Source: an uncultured Chthonomonadaceae bacterium
GTDB lineage: Bacteria; Armatimonadota; Chthonomonadetes; Chthonomonadales; Chthonomonadaceae
Direction of reading: 5' to 3'
DNA length: 64,000 nt
Assembly: GCA_963817895.1 (NCBI GenBank)
Contig: CAWFQB010000001.1
Coordinates: 1,440,001 to 1,504,000 of the forward strand
Shown here piece by piece: positions 21,767 to 30,807 of this stretch. Numbering within the stretch: the first letter of the stretch is position 1; each line of letters opens with the position of its first letter. Below the pieces are notes generated by a model. That model was not told the DNA's origin, searched no databases, and saw nothing but the letters and a program-made list of their open reading frames with translations. Position numbers and translations under genes: made by a program.

Positions 21767-22240
21767 TTAATCTTCCATCAAGTCAAGGAACTCTTGAGGA
21801 TCGGAAATTGTCCAAAGCGCATGTCCCCTCCCGCCGCACTTCGAAGAGATTGTATAACGTGGAAGCTTGTGTTTCCATTTTACTTGTCGCAGATGAGGGG
21901 CTTTTGCAAATGTGCTGGGGTCATACCTGTAACAGCCATTTACAGTCCCAATGTAGACCATAGATGTGTCGTCATCTTCATAAACGACAATATCGACACA
22001 TTGCATAACATGGCGGAAGCGATATAAATGACCAGCGCCCTGTTCGATTCGATGTTGGGCAATTTTCGGATGCGTATCCGTCAAGTGTTCCTTGATTGCC
22101 TTCTGATTTGCAGGGAGTTGTGACAGATCGCCTACATCCGGCCAGCCTATACATATCTCTTGTTGCTCCTTGAAAAGACTACCAGCGTCGAAATGCTCAC
22201 CGCCCGCCCGTATTCCCCAAACTCTTCGATTTGCTTCCAT
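21767..22240 (-). CDS. Stand-alone domain resembling the N-terminus of Mrr/McrB-type restriction proteins
   Basis: VWGIRAG...ICIGW...GDLS...AGHLYRF...DIVV...VYIG...YRYD...RQVKW pattern. Confidence 0.65.
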   Translation of the reverse strand: MEANRRVWGIRAGGEHFDAGSLFKEQQEICIGWPDVGDLSQLPANQKAIKEHLTDTHPKIAQHRIEQGAGHLYRFRHVMQCVDIVVYEDDDTSMVYIGTVNGCYRYDPSTFAKAPHLRQVKWKHKLPRYTISSKCGGRGHALWTISDPQEFLDLMED

Positions 22241-22350
22241 AGCAGATGCTTCTCCTCGCCATTACTTCGTCCGACAAGCCTGCTTCGGCTTCTTTTACAA
22301 CCATACAGAGATTTGCTTGCTACACATCATTATAACGGTGTCACTGCCTC

Positions 22351-23514
22351 AATTGAGGCAGTGACATAAATGTATGTGCCATTAGTTGTCAGTATGCCTC
22401 CGGGTTGGCTTACGCCGCGCGCAGAAAAGCTTTCAAGCCAAGGCGCAGGCTCAAGTTGTGTTCAAAACGGTACAACAACGCCAGTTGATAGACGAAGATC
22501 GCGCCTAGCGCAAAGCGCTTCGTAGCGACCAAGCCTTTGGTCGGCACTTGGTCATGGGCGTCAAAGATGCCCTTGAACTGCTCGTTGAAGTTTTCGATAG
22601 CGAGCGAACGCAGTTTATGGAAGATACGCCGGACTTCCTTGCCGCCTTCGGGGTGCGGATACTTCCCCCGCTGCGTTGCCACGAGGGTACAACTACGTAA
22701 CTGACAACATTCGTCTACATTGGGCGCATTATAATGCTGATCGCCCAGAGCAAAGGCGGGCATCGTCGGCACTTCGGGCAACAACAAGGTAATGTGTTCG
22801 TTGTCGGCGACATTAGCGGGCGTCACATCGGCGGCTAAAGGGATCCAGATCGAAGCGACCGTACAAATCAGGTGCAGTTTCCAGCCATACACCCACCCGT
22901 GCCAGCCCGATTTGGTCCAATGAGCCTCGGTGTCAATGCGCGTATGCGGCACAACTCCCGCCTCTCGATCTTTCTTGTGCCACACGCCGCCCTTGGCGCG
23001 CAGCAGGGTGCTGTCCATCGCAAATGCTCGGCTGATGGCTGCCCAGGGTTGCAAGCGGTCTACCAAGTGACGGCCAGGCAGCCAATCTGGGCAGGCAAGG
23101 TGTCGGGCAAAGTTGCCAGGCGTCTGACGAAACGTCCGTTCACACGGATACTTGTCGTTTTCTGTCAGTAAGGCGCGTAATGTCTGCATTTCCTGTGTGG
23201 GTTCTTGCAGGACGGCCAGGAGTTCGCCCACTTTGAACAAGTGTCGCACAATCATAATGACGAGTGCCTGCAAAAACAGCCGATCCGGGTAGACCTTGGC
23301 GCGTCCGCGTCCCCGCTTTTTCGGCGCTTGGGGCGGGTGGGGCAAGCGGTCAACCAGTTTGACAAGGGTGACGAGTAAGGTTTCTTGCGGTATCATACAA
23401 TTGCCTCCGTGTTAAGAGTGTCGCAACTGTATAATACGGTAGGTGAACCGCGTCATGCGCAAACAGCGCAAACTGTCAAAACATGGCGCGGTTATTTATG
23501 TCTTCGCCTCAATT
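22351..23514 (-). mobile_element. Insertion sequence with a DDE transposase and 21-bp imperfect TIRs
   Basis: AATTGAGGCAGTGACATAAAT (22351-22371) versus the reverse complement of ATTTATGTCTTCGCCTCAATT (23494-23514), 18/21 identical. Confidence 0.85.
22410..23396 (-). CDS. DDE transposase (DDE_Tnp_1-like)
   Basis: AMDSTL, YGWKLHL, LGDQHY, RSLAIENFN; compensating indels near 23070-23125. Confidence 0.9.
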   Translation of the reverse strand: MIPQETLLVTLVKLVDRLPHPPQAPKKRGRGRAKVYPDRLFLQALVIMIVRHLFKVGELLAVLQEPTQEMQTLRALLTENDKYPCERTFRQTPGNFARHLACPDWLPGRHLVDRLQPWAAISRAFAMDSTLLRAKGGVWHKKDREAGVVPHTRIDTEAHWTKSGWHGWVYGWKLHLICTVASIWIPLAADVTPANVADNEHITLLLPEVPTMPAFALGDQHYNAPNVDECCQLRSCTLVATQRGKYPHPEGGKEVRRIFHKLRSLAIENFNEQFKGIFDAHDQVPTKGLVATKRFALGAIFVYQLALLYRFEHNLSLRLGLKAFLRAA

Positions 23515-23709
23515 AAGTCAATGTCAGTTCAGCAAAAGTGATCCTCCTTCCGAACAACAATGCGCCGCCCGACGCTATTTAACCTGCTATAATACATCAT
23601 TACACGCCTACCTGCCGTTGTCCTTTTATGCGACACCAGCTAATAACCGAGTGTGAGCGGCGTCTATTCTGTATATTCCTCTGCCTGTCGAATTTTTGTG
23701 AGATCAGCT

Positions 23710-24195
23710 ATGCCCAATAAACTTACCCTGCATGTCAATGGGACTGCCCGCGCTGTGGAAGCCGACCCGGAACAGAGCCTTCTCAGCGTTCTGCGCGACG
23801 GTTTGGACCTGACCGGAAGCCACTACGGATGCGGCGAAGGCCAGTGCGGAGCCTGCACCGTGCTGATTAACGGCGAACCGACGCGCTCGTGCATCACCCC
23901 TGTCGGAACGGTCGCTTCCAAACCCGTTGTCACTATAGAAGGACTGGAAATCGGGGACAAACTGCACCCGGTTCAGCAGGCGTTTCTCGACTGCGACGCC
24001 CTGCAATGCGGCTACTGCACCTCCGGCATGATTATGTCGGCTGTGGGCCTGCTGCGCAAAAACCCCGCGCCCACGGAGCAGGACATCATCAAGGGGATGA
24101 ACGGTAACGTCTGTCGTTGCGGCACGTACCGCCGCATTGTCCGCGCCGTCCACGCCGCTTCGCAGTCGCAGGCGCAGCATAAGGAGGCGAAATGA
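23710..24195 (+). CDS. (2Fe-2S)-binding small subunit of a xanthine-dehydrogenase-family enzyme (IorA/CoxS-like)
   Basis: GCGEGQCGACTV, QCGYCTSG, CRCGTY. Confidence 0.95.
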   Translation: MPNKLTLHVNGTARAVEADPEQSLLSVLRDGLDLTGSHYGCGEGQCGACTVLINGEPTRSCITPVGTVASKPVVTIEGLEIGDKLHPVQQAFLDCDALQCGYCTSGMIMSAVGLLRKNPAPTEQDIIKGMNGNVCRCGTYRRIVRAVHAASQSQAQHKEAK

Positions 24196-26393
24196 CTACT
24201 CTCAAAAACAGACAGGGAGACAGGGAGACAGGGAGACAGGGAGAAGAGGAGAATTCATTCCTCATCCTTCATCCCTCATCCTTGCCTACCCGCCGCGACC
24301 TGTTCCGGCTGCTGGGCGCGGGGGTGCTGATGCTCGTCGCGCTGCCGGAGATGGCGGACGCGCAGGAATCGGTGAGCGGGGGCGGCAGAAGGCGCGGCGG
24401 CAACGCCATGCCGCAGAACATCGGCGCGTGGCTGCATATTGACGCGAACGGCGCGGTCACGGTGTATACCGGCAAAACGGAGGTGGGGCAGAATATCCGC
24501 ACATCGCTGGCGCAGGCGGTTGCCGAGGAATTGCGCGTCCCCTTCGCGTCCATTCAGATCGTGATGGCAGATACCGCTTTGACGCCTTATGACGCCGGCA
24601 CGTTCGGCAGCCGCACCACGCCCAACATGTCGCCGCAGTTGCGCATCGCCGCCGCCAATGCCCGCGAAGTATTGCTTGATCTGGCCGCTGCGCAATGGCA
24701 GGTCGAGCGCAATACGATTACGATGAAAAACGGCAAAGCCCTTCACGCGGCCACGCAACGGACATTGACGTATGGCGAACTGTGCAAGGGGCAAAAGCTG
24801 ACGCAAACCCTCAACCCCAATGTCGCGCTGACTCCTGCCGCGCAATGGAAGATCATGGGAACATCCGCGCCCAAAGCGGACGGACGCGCGTTTGTTACGG
24901 GAAGGCATCAGTACACGTCCGACATGAAGCGCGAGGGGATGCTGATCGGCAAAATTCTGCGCCCCGCCGCCTTTCACGCCCCGCTGAAATCTGTGGACGC
25001 GGCAGGGGCGAAAGCCATGAGCGGCGTGACAGTTGTACAGGATGGCGATTTTGTTGGCGTTACGGCTCCGAACGCGCAGATTGCCAATCGCGCCCTTGCC
25101 GCCCTGAAAGCCGAATGGCAGACGGTTCCGCAGCCGTCGGGACAAACGCTGTTCGAGCAGTTGCGCCCCCATTCCACACAGGCAAAGGCGGAGGGGAACA
25201 AGCCCCGGCTCGCGCAGGACGCGCCCAGACTCGCGCAGGATGTACAGAAACCGGAAATTGGCGCGGACGGGCATACGATCAAGGCTTCCTATACCATCGC
25301 GTATATTGCTCATGCGCCCCTCGAACCCCGCGCCGCGCTTGCGGAATGGCAGGGCGACCATTTGACTGTGTGGACGGGAACGCAGAGTCCCTTCGGCGTT
25401 CGGAGCGAACTGGCCGCTTTCTTCCATCTGCCCGAAGAGCAGATTCGCGTGATTGTGCCGGATACGGGGTCGGGGTACGGCGGCAAGCACAAGGGAGACG
25501 CGGCATTGGAAGCGGCGCGATTGTCTCGCGCGGCAGGCAAGCCCGTGAAACTGGTATGGACGCGGGAAGAGGAGTTTACGTGGGCGTACTTTCGACCTGC
25601 GGGCGTGATTGACATTACAGCAACGGTTCAGCCGGATGGAACCCTGACGCATTGGGAACACGATAATTACAATTCCGGCCCGTCCGGTATTCGCGCGCCC
25701 TACGATGTGCCGGGACAACGGACGGAATTTCATCGCGCTCAGGCTCCGTTACGCGAAGGCTCATATCGCGGACTGGCCGCCACCGCCAACCATTTCGCCC
25801 GCGAATTGCACGTTGACGATTTGGCTCATGCCGTGAAACTGGACCCACTCGCGTTTCGCTTGAAGAATCTGAAGGACGAGCGGATGCGGGGCGTGTTACA
25901 GGCCGCCGCCACGCGCTTCGGGTGGGACAAACGCAAACCCGCGCCCGGAAGGGGGTTCGGGCTGGCCTGCGGCTCGGAAAAAGGCAGTTACGTGGCGACG
26001 TGCGTGGAACTGATGACAGACAAGGCAAGCGGCAGGGTACAACTGACGCGCATTGTCACGGCTTTCGAGTGTGGCGCGATTGTCAACCCTACCCATTTGC
26101 AAAATCAGGTGGAGGGGGCGGTTGTGCAGGGGATTGGCGGCGCGCTGTTCGAGGCGATTCACTTTGAGGACGGCAAAATCGTCAATCCGCATTTCGCGCA
26201 GTACCGCCTGCCCCGCTTCGCAGATGTGCCGCCCATAGACATTGCGCTGGTAAACCGCAAAGACCTGCCTTCCGAGGGCGCGGGCGAAACGCCTATCGTT
26301 GCCATCGCCCCGGCCATTCGCAACGCCCTCTTTGACGCGACAGGGCAGAAACTCGTTTCTATGCCCATGATCCCGAATGGCTTGAAGGCTTAA
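24192..26393 (+). CDS. Molybdopterin-binding large subunit (IorB-like) with a Tat signal
   Basis: TRRDLFRLLG, GKTEVGQ, GTFGSRT, AHAPLEP, GSGYGGK, QVEG, GAGE; repeat-derived N-terminal extension. Confidence 0.93.
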   Translation: MTTLKNRQGDRETGRQGEEENSFLILHPSSLPTRRDLFRLLGAGVLMLVALPEMADAQESVSGGGRRRGGNAMPQNIGAWLHIDANGAVTVYTGKTEVGQNIRTSLAQAVAEELRVPFASIQIVMADTALTPYDAGTFGSRTTPNMSPQLRIAAANAREVLLDLAAAQWQVERNTITMKNGKALHAATQRTLTYGELCKGQKLTQTLNPNVALTPAAQWKIMGTSAPKADGRAFVTGRHQYTSDMKREGMLIGKILRPAAFHAPLKSVDAAGAKAMSGVTVVQDGDFVGVTAPNAQIANRALAALKAEWQTVPQPSGQTLFEQLRPHSTQAKAEGNKPRLAQDAPRLAQDVQKPEIGADGHTIKASYTIAYIAHAPLEPRAALAEWQGDHLTVWTGTQSPFGVRSELAAFFHLPEEQIRVIVPDTGSGYGGKHKGDAALEAARLSRAAGKPVKLVWTREEEFTWAYFRPAGVIDITATVQPDGTLTHWEHDNYNSGPSGIRAPYDVPGQRTEFHRAQAPLREGSYRGLAATANHFARELHVDDLAHAVKLDPLAFRLKNLKDERMRGVLQAAATRFGWDKRKPAPGRGFGLACGSEKGSYVATCVELMTDKASGRVQLTRIVTAFECGAIVNPTHLQNQVEGAVVQGIGGALFEAIHFEDGKIVNPHFAQYRLPRFADVPPIDIALVNRKDLPSEGAGETPIVAIAPAIRNALFDATGQKLVSMPMIPNGLKA

Positions 26394-26419
26394 GGCGTCT
26401 GTTGAAGGCCTGGATCGCC

Positions 26420-26445
26420 TGCCTGACACCAATTGTGTCAGGCAG
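26420..26445. terminator. Hairpin downstream of the iorAB-like operon
   Basis: TGCCTGACAC-CAATT-GTGTCAGGCA, with no clear U-tract. Confidence 0.4.
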
Positions 26446-26647
26446 AACGAACAGGCATACCTTTCGACTATGTTCCTGTTATAACTTAAGTTCTAAGTGA
26501 AGATAAGCATACTTGCGCGTTGCTTTAATCACTGCCGCCTGATACACTGATTCATATTCTCTCCTGTTGCCGCCTTATCCCAGTGTTGCCGGAAGGCGGT
26601 TTCTTCTTTCATCCAATACTTCATCAAGCCCCGGAAGAAGGTGTGAC

Positions 26648-26890
26648 ATGCAGGTTCCACTCTGTGAAGTGGTCGGCTGCCGACGCGCGGCGTCATGGGT
26701 TCGCGTCACAAACATCAGCGCTCGCTTTGAGGATTTTCTCTGCTGCTGCTGCTGGCAGTCTCTGCGCGGACGCAAGCCTGTCGAAGCGGCCTGCTACGTC
26801 CACAGCAACATCGAAGACGATACCGAGAGCGAACATTTTGAAGAGTCCGTTTTTGATTTCAGCGATGAGGCCGTGATAGTCATCAATTAG
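26648..26890 (+). CDS. Small Cys-rich (putative zinc-finger) protein with an acidic tail
   Basis: CEVVGC...LCCCC; RBS-like AAGGTG before ATG 26648. Confidence 0.55.
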   Translation: MQVPLCEVVGCRRAASWVRVTNISARFEDFLCCCCWQSLRGRKPVEAACYVHSNIEDDTESEHFEESVFDFSDEAVIVIN

Positions 26891-26973
26891 GCGGAACGCC
26901 CGGATTTAGCCTGAGTCCATCCGATATTATCAGCTATTGAAGTTCATCAGGAGTGTGACAGCAGGAGTACGCA

Positions 26974-27606
26974 ATGAACAGTAACCTTTCGATACGAGTG
27001 TTGATTGCCGATGACCATCCCGTTGTGCGCGAGGGGCTTGGCATGATGCTGGCGCAGCGCGACAATATATGCGTGGTGGGCGAAGCGACCAATGGCGATG
27101 AAGCCATTGCTTTGTTTAAGAAGTGCCAGCCGGACGTGGTGTTGATGGATGTGAACATGCCCGGACAGAACGGCCTTCAGGCGTCGGCTCATATTCTAAA
27201 GGAATTTCCTCAAGCCCGCGTTGTGTTGCTGTCGTGGTCGGACGCGGAAGAGCATATTTATCAGGGCTTCACAATGGGAGCCAAAGCCTACCTGCTGAAA
27301 GATATGCCGCCGGAAGCGATCTGTTCGGCGATACAGGATGTCTGTGCGGGGCGTTACAGCGTCCCGCCGGAAATCGCGTCCAAGCTGGCGCAGCGATTGG
27401 GTCGTACCAACCTGACGGGCCGCGAAATGGAGATTTTGCGCTGTCTGGTGGCCGGGATGAGCAACGCGGAGATCGGCACCAATCTGTTTATCGCCGAAGG
27501 AACCGTCAAGGTGCATGTGGCGAACATTCTAAACAAGCTACAGGTGAGCGACCGGACGCAGGCCGTTACCGCCGCCATCAAGCGCGGCCTGCTTCCGCTT
27601 GCCTGA
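26974..27606 (+). CDS. NarL/LuxR-family response regulator
   Basis: IADDHPVVREG, DVVLMD, LTGREMEIL...SNAEIG...TVKVHV. Confidence 0.95.
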   Translation: MNSNLSIRVLIADDHPVVREGLGMMLAQRDNICVVGEATNGDEAIALFKKCQPDVVLMDVNMPGQNGLQASAHILKEFPQARVVLLSWSDAEEHIYQGFTMGAKAYLLKDMPPEAICSAIQDVCAGRYSVPPEIASKLAQRLGRTNLTGREMEILRCLVAGMSNAEIGTNLFIAEGTVKVHVANILNKLQVSDRTQAVTAAIKRGLLPLA

Positions 27607-27795
27607 AAAGGAAAACCTCCCTTCCTCTGTCCTGAGCGAGCAAGCAAGCGAGAAGGAACAGTATTGTAGTGGGTTAGTTGTTACGCTGAGTGCCAGATGC
27701 AACCGGGCTATCCCTTGCTCTGCCTGCGCCTGCGAACGGGACGGCGGGATGAGATTGCAGGCGAATATGTGGCAGTCATATCGAAAGGCGAACGC

Positions 27796-29025
27796 ATGAC
27801 GAGCGCAGGCGGCACAGACAAAGTGGTTCTCGGATTTATCGGCGTGGCGGGACGGGGCTACGAGGCGCATATACTGGGTTTTGGCGAAATGCCGGATGTT
27901 GAAATTGGGGCGGTGTGCGATGTGTACCAACCCTATGTGGATCGGGCGGTCGCGCATACGGGGGGCAGGGCGAAAGCGTACCACGATTATCGAGACCTGC
28001 TGGCAGACCCGGACATTGACGCGGTTGTGATTTCCACGCCCCCGCACTGGCACGCGCTGATGAGTCTGGACGCGCTGCAAGCGGGCAAGGATGTATACTG
28101 CGAAAAGCCGATGAGCCGCTATCCGATGGAAACGCGGCTGATGGCCGATTACGCCCACCGCTACAACCGCGTCACGCAGGTCGGCACACAGATACACGCC
28201 ACGGAAAATTATCACAAATGCGTGGATATTGTCCGGTCGGGCGCGTTAGGGCAGATCACGCGGGTCAGCAATTTTTGCGCGATGAACGATGATTCGGAAG
28301 GGCTGGGAACGCCGCCCTCGGAAACGCCGCCACCCGAATTGGATTGGGAAACCTGGCTTGGACCGGCTCCCGAAACACCTTACAATATGGGCCGGTTTCG
28401 CGACGGGATGCACCGCTATTTCAAGGATTACGTGGATAGCTGGCTGCACGAACTCGGCCCGCATATCGTGGAACTGCCGTTCTGGGCGCTGGAATTGGGG
28501 TGTCCGACCGGCATTGTGGCGTCGGGCGGGCGGTACGCGACGGACAGCCTTGCCGACGTGCCGGATACGCTGCAAGTAACGTGGGAATGGCCCCATCTGC
28601 TGATGACGTGGGAGATGCTGCAGCAAAGCAGTTTCCATTTCGGCGTGGGAGAACCGGGGCCGGGCCGGAAATTGGGGATCGTGTTTCACGGCAAGGAGGG
28701 AACCCTGCTCGCCAATTACAGTCTGTGTCAGGTACTGGATAAAAAAGGCAAACCGGTGGAGGGCGCGACTTATCCTCAATCGGTTCCCCGCTCCCCGGGA
28801 CATCAGCGCGAATTCATTGACAGCATCAAAACCCGGCAGGAGTGTTCGTGCAGTTTTGCAAACCATCTGCCGATGCATGCCGCCCTTAATCTTGCCCACC
28901 TCGCGCTGCGCCTGGACCGTAAACTGCATTGGAATGAAGCCCAATGGGAAGTGGCCGGCGACCCGGAAGCCAATGCCCTGCTCACGCCCCAGTATCGCGC
29001 GCCCTACAAACTGCCGGGTTGTTAG
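27796..29025 (+). CDS. Gfo/Idh/MocA-family oxidoreductase
   Basis: DAVVISTPPHWH, GKDVYCEKP, QVGTQ, LDWETWLGPAP. Confidence 0.93.
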   Translation: MTSAGGTDKVVLGFIGVAGRGYEAHILGFGEMPDVEIGAVCDVYQPYVDRAVAHTGGRAKAYHDYRDLLADPDIDAVVISTPPHWHALMSLDALQAGKDVYCEKPMSRYPMETRLMADYAHRYNRVTQVGTQIHATENYHKCVDIVRSGALGQITRVSNFCAMNDDSEGLGTPPSETPPPELDWETWLGPAPETPYNMGRFRDGMHRYFKDYVDSWLHELGPHIVELPFWALELGCPTGIVASGGRYATDSLADVPDTLQVTWEWPHLLMTWEMLQQSSFHFGVGEPGPGRKLGIVFHGKEGTLLANYSLCQVLDKKGKPVEGATYPQSVPRSPGHQREFIDSIKTRQECSCSFANHLPMHAALNLAHLALRLDRKLHWNEAQWEVAGDPEANALLTPQYRAPYKLPGC

Positions 29026-29107
29026 GTTGTTCGTTATGGGACAAACAACCCGACGCGCCGCTCTCTCTCGCGTTCTACGCCAATGCCTGCTGTAACTTTC
29101 TGATTCG

Positions 29108-29713
29108 TCACTGGATAACGCGGGACGCCTGCCATGTGCCGGGTGGCAGAGTGGGCGGGGAGGGGTAGAGCGTGAAACGGGCGATATTGGCCGGGTTGAC
29201 GATGACAATCCCGCCGCCCTGCCGCCGCGCGTGAAGGCCGTGCGCGTTGAACAACTGCGACACGAAAATGCCCTGCTCCAATGGCAGCCGCTCCGTCACC
29301 TTGACGCACACCTGAAAGAACAGCCGTTCGCCGTTGACCAGTTCCATTTCCGTAAACACCGTAATAGGCGTATCGGGAGTGGCCTGCGCTTTTTCGCGCA
29401 ATGCGGCGAACGTTTGCGGATGGTAACGCGCCCGGAATTCATCGGGCGTGATCTGCTGAATGTCCAGAACGCCGTGATAGAACGGATAGTCAGGCGTGTT
29501 TCCGGCAATGAACTCGACGCGCGCCACCTGTGACAACTGAAATGTCGTCAGCGAATCCGAACTGCCAAACATCATCAGCGGCTGCGCGAACAGTTTTGTC
29601 GGCTGCAAATGCGCCAGTTGCTGCCGCGCCAGTTCTTCATCCTGCTGTATAAACCGGACAATGCGCCCGTCTTCCAGATGAACGTGGATTTCCAGCGGGT
29701 TCGGTGTGTCCAT
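29108..29713 (-). CDS. Hypothetical protein with two similar halves
   Basis: RBS AAGGAG; the HLEDGRIVRF and ELVNGERLFF segments look duplicated. Confidence 0.75.
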   Translation of the reverse strand: MDTPNPLEIHVHLEDGRIVRFIQQDEELARQQLAHLQPTKLFAQPLMMFGSSDSLTTFQLSQVARVEFIAGNTPDYPFYHGVLDIQQITPDEFRARYHPQTFAALREKAQATPDTPITVFTEMELVNGERLFFQVCVKVTERLPLEQGIFVSQLFNAHGLHARRQGGGIVIVNPANIARFTLYPSPPTLPPGTWQASRVIQ

Positions 29714-29737
29714 TGTTTTCACTCCTTGTCTCAGAAA

Positions 29738-29858
29738 CTATCCGGTCGCGTCTTCTACAGGCGCGGCGTTGTTTTTGCCGGAGGGCGGGCCGTCCTTCAG
29801 CAGATCGGCGGGTATCCCTTCGGGAAACGTGACGCCCTGTTGCAGCAGCGGTTTCAGG
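29738..29858 (-). repeat. Displaced copy of the last 39 codons plus stop of the MFS gene
   Basis: 121 bp, 110/121 identical to 30808-30928. Confidence 0.95.
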
Positions 29859-30095
29859 TTATTTTGCATGGCTGTGAACAAGCGCCGATTGCCGTTCCTC
29901 GACAATTCGCGCCGCTTCCTCTAAAATATCGAATTCTTCCAACGCCGTTCCAACGCGCATATCATTGGGATGATCGTTCATCCAGTCCTGCATCTGTCGC
30001 ACAGCCTGCTGAATAGAAACAAGGTCACGGTTGCTAATCAGAGAGCGCATCTCTTTCACAAAAGCCTTGCTGTTGGCGTAGGAATCTTCTGTCAT
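29859..30095 (-). CDS. Small hypothetical protein (cassette gene 2)
   Basis: RBS AAGGAG, start 2 nt after the upstream stop; its stop codon abuts the duplicated segment. Confidence 0.7.
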   Translation of the reverse strand: MTEDSYANSKAFVKEMRSLISNRDLVSIQQAVRQMQDWMNDHPNDMRVGTALEEFDILEEAARIVEERQSALVHSHAK

Positions 30096-30097
30096 CT

Positions 30098-30709
30098 CTA
30101 AACTCCTTCTTCCAGTATCCGCTCCCAATCGCGCCATTTTCGCCGCGTGTCGGCTGACCGCCACTCCTGTGTTTGTTGAATCTGATCTCTCAACTCAGCC
30201 CAACGCTGCTCCAATGGCGTACCCAACAATTGCAGGTAGAATGGCAACGGCTCTGCGTCGAGGAGTTCGCGCATAGCCTCTAATGCTGCAATGTAATCTG
30301 TGTACGCGCTGTGTTTGTCCCTGTCAATAAAAGTTGCGGTATCTACTTTAACGCCAAGTCGCTCAAGTACGGAAGGACGAAATAGACGCTGTAATTGTTC
30401 TACTACGCCCTCTTCATACCCCGGATAGGTTAAAGAAGCGTCAGCATTACGTTCAACAGAAAAACAGTGTAAGACTTCATGTAATAAGACCGGCCAGCGC
30501 AACTCAGTAGCGGCGATGTCGGCGCGTATGCGTATCATACAATTGAATGTTTTACCGCCAAAAGCTCTGTTCCGCTCTTGAACAACTTCTACTTTTCCAC
30601 TCCATTGTGAAGACAATCCGGTAAGTTCAGTAAGTTCGGTTATGATGATTAGCAGTTCAGATTCTAACTGCTGCTGCAAAGCGGATAGTTGCGTTGGAAG
30701 TTGGCTCAT
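30098..30709 (-). CDS. HExxH zinc-metallopeptidase-like protein (cassette gene 1)
   Basis: VLLHEVLHCFS followed by YEEGVVE; RBS AGGAGAGG. Confidence 0.75.
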   Translation of the reverse strand: MSQLPTQLSALQQQLESELLIIITELTELTGLSSQWSGKVEVVQERNRAFGGKTFNCMIRIRADIAATELRWPVLLHEVLHCFSVERNADASLTYPGYEEGVVEQLQRLFRPSVLERLGVKVDTATFIDRDKHSAYTDYIAALEAMRELLDAEPLPFYLQLLGTPLEQRWAELRDQIQQTQEWRSADTRRKWRDWERILEEGV

Positions 30710-30807
30710 GACCTCTCCTGCTCTTCTGCTTCTCAAATATAAGACAGCTCTATTGAATTACACGGGAGGCTTCCCTGGTTCCCGGCGGCTGGACGAGCGG
30801 CGCGGGA

